From NCBI GenBank assembly GCA_973895155.1, contig OZ316898.1, positions 2,145,927-2,209,926 of the forward strand: a stretch of DNA of 64,000 bases. Reading direction: 5' to 3'. Positions 26,945-39,200 of this stretch are shown piece by piece (the first letter of the stretch is position 1; every line of letters begins with the position of its first letter). A program made the position numbers and the translations under genes. This DNA comes from Marsupella aquatica (taxonomy: Eukaryota > Plantae > Marchantiophyta). A model generated the notes under the pieces. That model saw only the letters and a list, made by a program, of their open reading frames with translations, did no database searches and had not been told where the DNA came from.

Positions 26945-29576
26945 TTAAACGCCTGTGAGGGTTGTTGGGAAGGAAGGATTGCTTTGTGTGTTGTTTCTGA
27001 AAATGCCAGCTTTGGCTCTCTCCACGCGGGTTTCCACGCGGTCATTGTTGTTGGGTTCAGACTCGGGTTCAGGATGTTCCAACACAGTAGATGAAACATG
27101 TAAATTGCCCAGGGTATTGCCATGGACTGATGGGGTTGCAACATTGGATGAGGAGGCCTGCAGTAGGGTATGTGAAGTATGAATCACAGGGGGATCCATG
27201 GGGACTGCAAAATGCTCCTGGTCTTTGTCCTTGCTCACCCACGTAAAATCACTCTGCGGCTCATTGGCAAACATCTCCCGTGCCATATCTGGGAACAATT
27301 GAGCGGCATCTGCATCCAGGCAACGCTCCTCATCCTTTCGTGAAGCATCAGACTCCTCAATGGGCTCCTCATCTGATGTGTCGGTCCACTCTGCTTCCGC
27401 TTGAACCTGCACTTGGGGGATTTCATACAATCCAGTACAATTAATTATCCGCTGAATTGTGTCAGTCCACAAATTAGATCGAGTACAATGAAAGGCAAGG
27501 AAATGCATGAGCAATGTCAGTACTCCGTGGGTGTTCAATCAATTACCTTCTTCACTGCAGCATCATGACTACAAGAATTCATTTTCTTGTACATGGCCAC
27601 AATGTTGGGCATGTAATTCTCAATTGCCTTGGGCTTACGGTCTGCCTTCCACAACTTGTACTCGGTCTCGCCTATAGTCTGATATCGTGGCCAACCATGC
27701 TCCTCGTACCAAAGCATACTTTCACGCTTTGTACGCATCCACTGAAGAGCATCATTGCATAGGTCGGCCCGTTGTAGTGCCATGGCGTCATGGATTTCAA
27801 CAGAAGTGATTGAAGCATCCATTGGTTCAAAGAAATTCCTCATGACTGTAGCACTTCGGATGAGTCTTCCAGTTTCAAACTCATCCAATTCAACAAATGC
27901 ACTGTCTGGAATATCTGACAAAGCTCTGCTGGTCCATTGACATACATATGCTGATTTTGGGCATTGCAGAACCAAGGCCTGCAAGCGCGCCCAGTCACGG
28001 TCATTGGTGAGGGATTCTCAGGCCTGGAAGCCAAGTTTGGGCATCATGAATTGAAAGAAAATTAAGAACATATTTGGAGAAGGAATCGTTGGTGGTGGGT
28101 GTTGTAACCGGTTTTCTTCAAACCGGGTGACAAACGTGCTCTGGGTTGTTGTCGTGCGCAACAAACATGGCCACATGTTGGATGGGAGAACACAATGCAG
28201 TTCAATCGAGAGTTCAATAAACCAGTCAACACTACTGAATAAACTTTTAGTCAACACTATTGAATAAACTTCATACTTGACCCTTCTCTTTGCCATGCTC
28301 CAGCGCTGTCTTAATGTTCGTCTGACGTTGTAGTAATTCGGTGAGCATTCAGCCCCTGGCTGCTTCCGCCTTGCAGCATTCCTGGTTCTCGTTGTTGTTG
28401 TGCAGCAACGTCTTTGGTGTAGAGCGATGGAGGTGTCCCTTCACTAATGAGACCATGCTTCTTAAATACATGGCAGCCATATGTGCGAGCGTTTTTAAAA
28501 GGTACATTCTTGCAAGGCAACGTCTTGCACACAGCTGCATGCCCGTATCGAGAGAAATGAACTCCTTGTTTAGCAAGCCCAGTCGCTGATGATTCCTGCT
28601 CACAAGTGTAAGAAAGAAATGGTGAATGCAATTGTACAGTTGCAATTGTAGAAACGAACCTTGTAATTGCCCATTCATGTATAAACAAGGCAAGTTGCAT
28701 GCCTTCTTACCAATTTGCACTTGGCACATGGTTCGGGCAGTGCTGTACATTTACAAAGATGTGCAAGGTCCACCTCCGCAATCCCTTGTGGAGACGGTTT
28801 GTCACTTGATACGCTGCGGCTGCGGGTCCCTACATTGGGGCCTGGATCAGAGTCCTCCCCGTCACTGTTACATGTATCTGTGGCTATATATTTCACCGCA
28901 GCCTTGCCTTTGTTTCAGAGCACCGAGGCTGTTCACTATACTGCACGCCAACCTTTGCTTTTCGTGGAGTAAACCTGGCGGATTGAACAGGGATCGTCGA
29001 TCCAACATTACATTTCCGCCTCTTTCCACTTGTGCTTGGCACTGGTTTGGCTGGAGGAGACAGAGTCACTGCTGTGACCTCGATTTCATGGCCCTCAATG
29101 TCAGTTTGTTTCATGCGCTCATCATACATTGTCAACGTGGTGCATGCCATTGGTGTGATGGGGTGAGAGGACTCATCCTTGCGGGCAGGTGGCGGACAAT
29201 GAGGCAGCAATGGGCGACGTGGTGCTGCTAGAGCTAGGACCGGACTTAGGGAAGGACGCCCTTGGGGGTGAATAGGGTACACTTCACTTGGGCCAGCATT
29301 TGTGGCAGGCGGTGGTGCCAGCATTGGCATGTCTGGATCTGACAGTGGACCGGGAGCAACAATTTCTTGGTCTACTACAGTTGTGGGATGATGGCCACCT
29401 GGATGGCCATTGTCCCACATTGCTTGCCTCCTCTTGGCGGCCTGAAATGAAAACCCGATCAGTCAGTTAATGAAACCTAAATTACTAATTACCATGCTGG
29501 AAGTAAGTTCAGTTTACAAAGTAACTTATATCAGGTTTAAGTAATTCGTCAGTACCTGGCTCTTTGTTCTCGCCAT
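26945..29576 (-). pseudogene. MULE accessory gene B, unknown protein with predicted N-terminus MARTKSQAAKRR (histone H3-tail-like); spliced, with frameshifts
   Basis: ATG at 29576 in agtATGG context. Coding micro-exon 29576-29556, GT..AG intron 29555-29442, then in frame with ORF 28893-29420. Further protein-like segments at 28675-28896, 27535-27984 and 26945-27410. Confidence 0.6.
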
Positions 29577-30115
29577 ACTGTCCTGACACCTGCAATATAG
29601 ATGAATAGTGCTGCACGACTTATGAATGAATCATAGGGGGAATGGGGAATCCTTGCATTACTCAATTCACTTGTAGTGTACGACACATTTTCATATCATA
29701 TCATTTTCGCTGAAAGAATGATTGCAATACAGAATGCAATACATACATATTGCGCATAAACAAGGCCTGGAGGATCGACAATGGCAATCATTCATTGGGA
29801 CTTCAATGATACAAATGCATAATAAAAAAGCAATCACTTGTACTACTCTGTTTACTCATTACATATTTTGCCAACAGCGAGTAAGCAATGAGTAAGCACG
29901 GCACAGCACAACACTTTCAATACAAAACTTCCCTTATTTCCGGATAGTCAACCAGTGTTTTGTTATATTGCAAGGAGGTCAATACAAAATGAAAACAGAG
30001 TACTTGCACTGCAAAAGGTAAAGTGGCAAAAGCAGGTCTGTTTGGCTACGGCGGATTCTACTCTGTCTATTTGTTACGCCCATAGTAGACGTCCATGAGG
30101 CACTGAACACTTCAG

Positions 30116-30965
30116 CTAGACGGCAACAATGGAAGACACAGAAGTGCCCTGCTGGATTTCTTCATCGCCATGATGTTCATCACCCTGGAGCACGTCCGAC
30201 ATTTTCCCTCCACTTGATGTACCTGCAGTGCAAGAGCCCTGCGATTGAAGTATTGGTGACCTGGGTGGATTCGTGGACGTTGTATTGCACATAGGGGTGG
30301 GGGATGATAGTACAGAAGCAGATGTGGCTGGAATGACATTGAACTGGGTTGATATATATTGGGTGCCTCCCTCGCTAGAAGCGCGCAACCATGGCGACTG
30401 CTGAGGGCACTACGATCCTTGTTGTCGCGGAGTTCGCAACTGTGTCCATAAACGTGACTGTGGTAACGTAGTGTTTGGTGACACAACCTCCAACTCATGA
30501 ACCGATACAATTCCGCGATTAATCCGGAAGCTCACTTTGCAGAGTGGCGCGTGCTTCACAGAATCATGCATGGCCTGAAATTGATCGACTGCCTCCATAC
30601 AGGCTAAGGCACTTGCGGATAGACCTACTAACTGTCTCGCAGCATCCCAAATGGCAGCTCGCAAGGTAGACTTGTGGGCATTATAGTGCAACATTGCATC
30701 AGTCATCAACACCTCAAAACGATAAAATTCACTGTAAACTCCATTCTGTAAAGCATCATGCTCACAATGGGTGCCTTTGGGGCCTTTGATGGAAATCTTA
30801 CACAAGCCCCGCTGAATCACTCTCTGTACAGCCTCGATACACAAATTTCTTGGGAAAAGGGTTGGTAGCAATGAAATTGAGTATGACAACAGTACATGGT
30901 CCCATATACCCCGTCTCCTCTCTCATGACGGCATTTTGCACATCGAGCAGAGTTGATATTGACAT
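30116..30965 (-). pseudogene. MULE accessory gene A, RPA70 C-terminal (Rep_fac-A_C-like) zinc-ribbon OB-fold protein with a low-complexity tail
   Basis: From ATG 30965: MSISTLLDVQ..CTVVILNFI..KFVYRGCTESD, 1-nt frameshift near 30810, then RGLCKISIKGPKGTHCEH..YRFEVLMTD..TLRAAIWDAARQLVGLSASAL..CKVSFRI..VHELEVV. In-frame stop at 30410-30412; the frame continues to 30116. Confidence 0.65.
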
Positions 30966-31336
30966 TGAAAAAACCTTACCAGTAGGTTCGGGACTTTGGT
31001 TGTCGTCCTCCGTATGTGTCGCCTCTCAATGGAATTTCCTTACCTGAACCTCTCTACAAAAGCAATAGCAATGCATAAGCAGTTGCAAAACGGACGAATG
31101 GTCTGTCACCCTAAATTCAGCTAACACATTTAAGTGAAAATGAATCACATTCCATGCTCTGCACACGCGCCTTGCGATGTGCTGTAGACTGCCTCAGTTG
31201 ACATGCAATAGGTCAGGAGAAATGAGAATTGGGCTTGGCGGGAATGCGCATCGATCGCCGCACATTCAGCCAATGGAACTGAATGGGCTGCAGACCACGC
31301 AAACTCGTAGAAGACTCCAAGCTGACAGCATACGGG

Positions 31337-31655
31337 TAGCACACGAGAAATCTGAATTCCGGAAGTGTATACAAAGTGCATGGGGGAGGGGTCCAAGCTC
31401 GCGACCCGACAGGCGATGGCCTGGCCGGTGCGGTGATAGTGGGCCCGGGTCCGGTGGCAGGGAATTCCAATTAGGGACAGCCCGGTGCTGCCGAGAGGGA
31501 CATGCTTGCCAAAGCCACCGATCGCAAAGGTCACGCTGCCCAAAAATTCACTGCGATGGTGACGCTTTGCTGCTGGCCTGTAAACGCCATGGCCTTACTG
31601 TAAACCAGCCACATCGATGCATTAATGTGCATCGATACTGGCGATCGCCGTGAAT
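31337..31655 (-). repeat. Right terminal inverted repeat of the MULE
   Basis: Reverse complement of 21765-22083. Confidence 0.95.
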
Positions 31656-33732
31656 TGTGTGTGCTTGAAAGAGAAGGGATTGATGGGTTGTACCTACCCA
31701 TGCAAAAGTAGTGCACAAACATTTCATAAATTATTGGCCATTGATTTTGCAAACTACTCTTTAAAAAAAAGTCCAATAAATGCTCCCAAAGAGCAATCTC
31801 AAGACTCATTAAGAGACTTGAATACATAGCTGCCCACGCCCATTGCCTGCCCTCTTCACAATTCTTTTTGAATGTAACGAGCATTAAGCTTTCCCGATTT
31901 GGTGGGGTCAATGTTAAAAGCATTTGGGCCACACAACAGGATTTGAACCCAGAACCTCTCCATCTCACTGAGATCAGTCTGGGGTTCGCTTGGTTTATCA
32001 CGGAAACTACATCTACCACATCCAAGCACTTACCAGGTATTAATGTGAATTAGATTAATTGCCCTCAAAATTAGCTTGCGTCCTTAATGAAGATTTGGCC
32101 ACAAATAGTAAAGGAATGGGTCACAACCCATCGCACATGCTTGTAATGCAAAGAACGTAAATATGTACGAGGTTCTTTTATGGTATTGTTCATGACTACA
32201 TGGTGGACACTATGCACCCTAAACCCTATTTGTGCCGCGGAGTCACGGTCTTGGGGACTTAGTTATGAGATGCAATATTTCAATTTAGAGGGAAACCATA
32301 ACCCATGCAACTGGCTTCGGGTGAAAACACTTGATTTATATGTTTTAATATAGTACCTACCACATACCAAGCAACCCTTTTGGAGCATACAATAGGATCT
32401 GAACAAGAGCCCCATTGGAGCATAATCAGGTGCAATTACCAATGAGATAGGTAAGAGGGCCTCCTATGAGAGGTGATTGATAGGTATATTGGAGAACTCG
32501 TATTCAGTAGATGGCAGAGCCAAAACACTTTACTCCTTCGTTAGAAATAATCAACCCTAAGCAGAGGAAGTAGCTGCAACTACTGTAAACAAAAAATTCC
32601 CTGGTTGTCCTCCTCTGGTTTTTCCTACTTCTAATACAATGGGCTTCAGTCCTCCTTTCAAAAACAGAAAAACAGAAAAATCAATTGAAATGGAATAAGA
32701 TGAATTAGAAAGCAGTCATGTGTCATGCCAAAGGACCTAAGGCTAAGTAGTGCTTGTTTTGGTAAGTAACCCATCCCAGAGATTCTGCAGTAGAGTTTGA
32801 GGGTGTCCAATACTCAAGAAAAATCACCAACAGGTTACCGCGTGCATGTACTATTATTGTACTCACAAATTCTACCTAGCCTGTTGTTTTGACAGCAACC
32901 CTCTTTCATAGAGTCATCTTTATTATTCAAGAAAATGATTAGAATGATACCAAGGTGAGAAAAGCATTCCTTGGTGAATGTATTGTTTCATATATTTTTG
33001 CCGGAGAAAGAGAATTTGAGAAATAGTTGGGTATTTACCATCATACAATGTTTTTCAAAGATATAAGCATTTTATGTGAAATACTGATATCATGGACAAT
33101 ACATCCAATAGAATATTTTGTTCTACCCTGTTCTTTGTGTAAAATTAACTTTGCAACTTTTAATCTTTGTATAGTTAGTGGGTTCACTCTTTTCCTCGAC
33201 TTTCTATCGAACACTACTAGTAGTGTTTATTTGTTGCTAGAAACATCATTGTTTCTGTTTGTGACCAAATGTGTTGATGTGGTAACCCGTGCTGATAGGG
33301 ATTCTGGAAAGAACTTTCCATAGGAATCAGTAATCTTTGATTGCCATTAGTATGAAAAAACTACCCTTCAAACCTAATTCCATCAGGTAGTGTACTTTCT
33401 TGAGAAGAGGAAAGACAAAGATGGGGTATTTTGATAGGACAGCTCTTATTAATTTACACTTTCACTTTTTGAAAACTGGGCACCAAGCCCAATCAACATC
33501 GGAGAGGTTACTCCACAAAGGACCCCATGAATGGCATTGTAAATTGTCATTTAAACAACACACACATACGAAGATGAGAACAAATCCAATCTATCTCCAA
33601 AACAAAGATTCATACGGTTTCCATCATTGCCAGCAATGAGGCAATGATCTGTGTCCCCCAAAGGCAGTCAGATCTCGTTGAGATCTATGGATCACTCTTT
33701 CCTTGGTTAGCTTTTAGAATGGAAAAAAATGT

Positions 33733-34864
33733 GAGATATATGCTTGATGGGCCCCTTGGTGAACCTTTCTTACCTGATGGGCCCCTAGGTAACTTTTTTT
33801 ACCAAGTAGGACCCCTCTTAATGACCAGTACACCTGTTCTTGTGTGGTGCCTACACCTGTCCTTGTGTGGTGCCTACTATGTACAGTGACTCCAGGCAAA
33901 CTGCACAGTTGAACCGTGCGGTTGACCCTGCATGGTCGACCGAGAAACCATGGAGATTATTCAGGAGAAACCGCGAAAAGCGACTGTCGCTGTCGAAACT
34001 GTGATTTGAAGAGAATGTGCATTATGTCTTCGGATTCAAAATTTGACTGATCGCGGGGTAGTCATTAAGTTTGCTTGTATGGGTTTTTTGTGACTGTTGG
34101 ACTGTGCGGGAGGCCACCCCTACATGGTCGAAGAAACATGTGGGAGAAATGGGTGAAACCGTAGAGATGATGTGGGAGAACTGCAAAAAGTTGTCGCCGC
34201 TGCCCAAACAGTGACTTGAATACAATATGGATTATGTCTTCGGGTTCAAATTTTTACCAAAACGCGGGGTAGTGCACATGAGTTTTTCACGATGTTTTCA
34301 TACGCGACTGTCAGCGTCAGTGCAGGGTACCTCCAAATGTCCACAAAGAATATTCAAGTTCAATGTTCGGAATTTGCCCACTGCTGCCACAACAAAAATC
34401 GCAAATGATTGACAAATGCGCTCGAAAAATGGTGATACTCCCCTGTGCAATGCATACAAACAATTTCAAAAGGTGACAGACCTGAAGGTGTCGGGGTACA
34501 CCCTAAACCTTGAAACACGGGAAGACATAATCCATTGTGTCTTCAGGCATTAACCCATTGAATCTGAAGACATAATGCATATTGTCTCCAAATCACAGTT
34601 TCGACAGCGGCAGTCGCTTTTCGCGGTTTCTCCTGAATAATCTCCATGGTTTCTCGGTCGACCATGCAAGGTCGGCCGCACAGTTCAACCGTGCAGTTTG
34701 CCTGGAGTCACTGTACATAGTAGGCACCACACAAGGACAGGTGTAGGCACCACACAAGAACAGATGTACTGGTCATTAAGAGGGGTCCTACTTGGTAAAA
34801 AAAGTTACCTAGGGGCCCATCAAGTAAGAAAGGTTCACCAGGGGGCCCATCAAGCATATATCTC
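33733..34864. mobile_element. Non-autonomous Mutator-like element (~1.13 kb), a family distinct from the 9.9-kb MULE
   Basis: ~307-bp TIRs (33733-34039, 34558-34864) starting GAGATA, as maize Mu TIRs do. Flanks gaaaaaaatgt and gaaaaaatgt form a 9-11-bp TSD with A-run slippage. Confidence 0.9.
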
Positions 34865-35939
34865 GAAAAAATGTAAATAGTAAACATTAAGCAAAAAAAT
34901 CAGGGGCCACCCCCTCTCCGCAGGACTCAAAAACAAATTGTCATTTAGCACCTTCACAAGTGGGCACACCGAGAAAATCCAAAGCAGTTTCAGATCATCC
35001 TACCAGGGGATGGTTTGGCGTGCTGTGGTAATCTATTCATGTGAACAAATAAACTAAATCGATGGTAGCCATAAGCTGAATATATTAGCTATCACATAAA
35101 TAGCTGACCGTGTCATTTAGTGATGTGAAATGACTATACTAGCATGCGCTGTTAATGTCCTTGTAGGATAAACATTTCCATTTCCTAGAACCTTTCACCC
35201 TAAATTGGAGATCCAAAGACAGATTAAAATGGGTAGGGAGAGTCGGGGTGAGAGTTGAGGCAACAACTACAGCAAGCGTTGGAGTGAAATCAGCAGCAGG
35301 CTGAGAGCCAGATCTAAACCCTAATCTAAAGGGCAGGTGGAGCCAATTAACACTCTATAATTCCCCGTCCCATTGTTCTACCCCTCGTGTTACTATTTCC
35401 CTCATCTTTGCCCCTTCTCCCTCCCTGCCACCCCGTCATGCTCCCCCTGCTAACATAAACAAGAAAACAGGAACATAGAGTGCAAGGCGTTGTCAGTAGG
35501 AACTCCTTGTAAAAGATTGTGGGCAGAAAAGTGTCAGGTGCAGCTGTGTTGTAACCAAAAAAAACCCAACATTTGGGAAGGAAAAAAAGTTTTGGAGAAG
35601 AAAACTCCATGCAAACAGGAAAAGTTGTTGGGTTATGCAAAAAGCAAGCAATGCGGAGGGCAGATTTACCTGGCCGCATCAAGTCACCCTCACCCCAAAA
35701 GGAGAACTAAAGGTCCATGCCACCGCCAAGCCACCTCCAAAGAAACAAGAAAGGTGAGAGGGGTTGGCAGTGATTCAGGTTGGACCCCTGAATTTGCCCC
35801 AAACTCCAAAAGGAAAAAGAAACATCAAACCTCCCCTAACACTATTTTAAAAGAGAGGGAAAACCAGTAGGCAAAACAAAAATAGCAAATAACAACCAAA
35901 AAGAAAACCCTTCCTCCCCCACAGCACAAATGTATTATC

Positions 35940-36070
35940 TTCTCAAGTTCCCATGTGCACTACCATAGTAACGTATTGTCAGGTTCTCAAGTTCCCATGT
36001 GCTCTACCATAGTAAGGTATTGTCAGGTTCTCGAGTTCCCATGTGCTCTACCATAGTAAGGTATTGTCAG
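35940..36070. repeat. 44-bp tandem repeat, 3 copies, with degenerate copies to ~36180
   Basis: ttctc.agttcccatgtgc.ctaccatagtaa.gtattgtcag at 35940, 35984 and 36028. Confidence 0.9.
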
Positions 36071-36249
36071 TTACAGGATTAAAATCATAGTACCAGTTTG
36101 TACCAATATATTTCAAATTCTCATATGGGCTATCATAGTAAGGGATTGTCAGGTACACGCTTACCATAGTTACACTATGTACCAATACAGACATGGCCAT
36201 GTGCAGGCTGTACTATGTACCCCCATGGCAGCGAGCATACTAATTAAGT

Positions 36250-39200
36250 GTTTTTAGGGTATCATTTATAAAACAGTGCCAGATAACAAAATATGTAGGG
36301 ATCGAGACATGACCCCAAAAGTGGAAACCCAATAAAAGGTAAAAGCAAAGGACCACCTGCGGAAGACCAAATAGCCCAAAAACCAACAAGCCTGAGTGTC
36401 ACAATTTCAAACAACTATTATATCAAACTGCCAAAGAGCAGGAGGCGCAGAACCGGGAGACAGGATCCCACAGGCCAAAAAACCCAATCAAGGGGAAACA
36501 AGAAAAAAGGCCAAAAGGCCAAAGAGCAAAAACAAAAAAGACCAGGCACAAGCCCAGCCCAAGGAGAACAAAGGACACATAAACCTAAAGGCTACCCAAC
36601 GGCACAGTGAAGGGCCTGATAAAGCTCCGTCGTGAACTGCATAGGGGGGTCAAGCAATGGAATCCATGCCCGGACTCTAACCGCCTCGCCTCTACGAAGG
36701 ATAGTGAAGGCCTGTGCACGCTGAAGTGCAATGGACACCCTCTGTCTAAAAAAGGATGTGATAACAGAGACTGGTGGATAAGGCCGCCGCTCGACATAAT
36801 GAACCGCACAGGAGCGCAAGAACTGGTCAAAAGTTGGGTGCAGCGCTCCAAAGACCTCCACGGCAAACGGGTAGAAAAGGTCCCCTGGGTAACGCGTAGC
36901 ATAAGCCTCCTCCTTGAGGCGAGCAGCCCTCGTGGCAGCATGACCTGGGATGTGGGCAGCGGACGCCAAATTGGCTCCACTAGTGGGGTCAGCAACAACC
37001 ACATCCCCAAGGGTACGAACACCAGCGCGAGAGAAAACCAAATCGGCCCGACCCTGTCCGGTACTCCATCCCGGGGTGGTAACACATGTCGTTGCTCCAT
37101 CATAACATGATACCCGGAATCACGAGCGATGGCGGCAACCACATCCCGGATGTCATCGTGTGTCGCCGTCCGCTCACTACCATGACCACATTGTAGGATA
37201 TGGATTCCCCCCCTATCCAAGGGTGCTCCACAAACACATGTGGGTTGCCCAAGGAGGCATGGGTGGGGAAGACCAAGATGGAGGCACATGGAAGTGGTGA
37301 AGACAAAAGAACTCATACAAAAGGGGGCCCACAATGGGCTCGCAGATAACCAAGCCCCCGAACTAACGCCCGAACCGGATAAAAGACGCGCTCGAACCAA
37401 GTCAGAGGGTGCGTCGGAAAGCATGCTAGAAAGGGTGAATCGGTGCATGCGATCAGAGATCACCTGTTGAACTCGGTCGGGACTGTCCAAAATAACTCCC
37501 TCAAAAGCAGGGACCACGCTCTGCACATCCTCCGGTAATAAGGACCGGGCCTGACGAAGCTGGATCTGAAAAGGGAGAGCTCCGTTCTCCACTCCCATGA
37601 CCGAGTCAGAGAGGATAGGCCGAAGGTCCACAATGAAACGTGACGCCAAGGCGGGGGCCACCTGCGCCCAGCTACCAAGAAACGCACAAGGAGCAGCAAC
37701 CACAACCGAGGACACCCCCAAACCACCTCCCGATGGGGGCAGAGATGCCTGCCTAGCCGCAAAAGAACCATCCTCTCCATCAAGGGCTCCAGGACCGATG
37801 AGGTGACCAAAGACCCGCATCACGGTGGTGTCAAAGGAAGAGAGCAAGGACAAAAACGCTGGGGTGGGGGGGACCGTCCGCAGAAGGTATGATGGTCGGC
37901 GAACAAAACACAAAACCAGAATCAAGAAGGCAATTTGGACATCCCCCAAAGCCACCAGCTGGTCAAGGTGCGCAACATCCTGATCCAAGGCAGACTGTAG
38001 AAACTCCTGCTCAAAGGCCGTCCCCCCAAATGGCACCCCAAGGACCCAAATGCCATCATGTCTAATGGGGATATCAAGAGGGGGGGAGAATGAGTCCGGG
38101 AGAGGAAGACGGGACCAGACCCCACACTTCCTAGGCTGTACTGACAAACCAATAATGGCAAGCTGCTGAACAAAATGGATATAGGCATCTCCAAGAAGCA
38201 AGGCACGAGCAACAATGTGAGTGTCGTCAGCAACAGAGGGGAACAGGCAACCTGGAAAAGCACCGGAAGATGCCCGGATGGCCCGAAGATGAGCCAAGGC
38301 AAACAACGCACCACCAAGGGGATCCCCCTGTCGGGTGCCGGACTCTGACATAATGGTGGAGTATGTCCCAGACGCCAGATGGTCAGAGTAGACCAAGGGG
38401 GCAGGGGTCCCATAAAAAGCCCGAGCAAAAGGGATGAGGGATGCAATCTCCCCCCAGCATCCCGAAGCTCCTCGAAAATCACACGACGGGAGACAGAGTT
38501 GAAGGCATTGGCAACATCCACTTGAATGACCCCCCAATCAGGGTGAGGTCCAAAACGGCACGCAAGCCATGTACCACGCTCTCACAACCGCCCGGGGTGG
38601 CCACGCCGAACTGGTGGGGGAAGAAGTGTGAAGCAAACGGTGCCCTCATCTGTAAACAAATGCAGCGGCTAACCAGACGATACAGGACCTCCCCAATGGC
38701 CAGGGGTCGAACACCACCCGTCTCCTTGGCCAAAGCCATGAGCCGACACGCCCCCAAGAGTCGAGCGACAACAGGCGGAATGCGGCCACCTGCAACATGA
38801 GCACACACCTGGAACAACTCCTGGAAACCCGACGCCGAGTCATCAGGGGAGAAGCAGTCCCTGAGGTGCTCGAACCTCATCCCAGAGATGCCCCCAGCGG
38901 AAAGACGGGGCAAATGAAGGAAGACAGAGGAAAAAATCTCGCAAGAAAGGGAGAACTCAACCTCCGGAGAGAAGCTCCCAATGAAACCTGGAACCGCGCA
39001 AGAAGCCGGGGGATGAAGGGACCGAAGGGCCACAACCGTCTCGACCGAAGGAGGAGAGGGGGAAAGGGGAACCAAGGAACGTGCGGCCCGAGAAAACTCC
39101 CCCTCCTGTCCCAACAAAAGGCATCGGCGAAGGCGGCACTGGACAGGAGGGACCAGAGGTTCCTCCTCAAACTCAGAGGCCCTAGAGGCCAACGCAAGAA

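Larger units (their letters stand above)
21765..31655. mobile_element. Full-length Mutator-like (MULE) DNA transposon, 9.9 kb, with three internal genes
   Basis: 319-bp TIRs (21765-22083 and 31337-31655, about 8 mismatches by eye), flanked by identical 8-bp TGTGTGTG (21757-21764, 31656-31663). Contains a MULE DDE transposase with SWIM finger. Confidence 0.95.

Noticed and set aside
29420-29576. Gene B as a true histone H3 or CENH3
   Set aside because: No histone-fold sequence (e.g. PGTVALREIR, LLIRKLPF) follows the ARTK start.
21765-31655. Zisupton or hAT assignment because of the 8-bp TSD, or Helitron because of the RPA-like gene
   Set aside because: The transposase motifs (DATFxTN, CxWH, SWIM) are MULE-type and long TIRs are present; no KDZ, hAT dimerisation or Rep/helicase motifs were seen.
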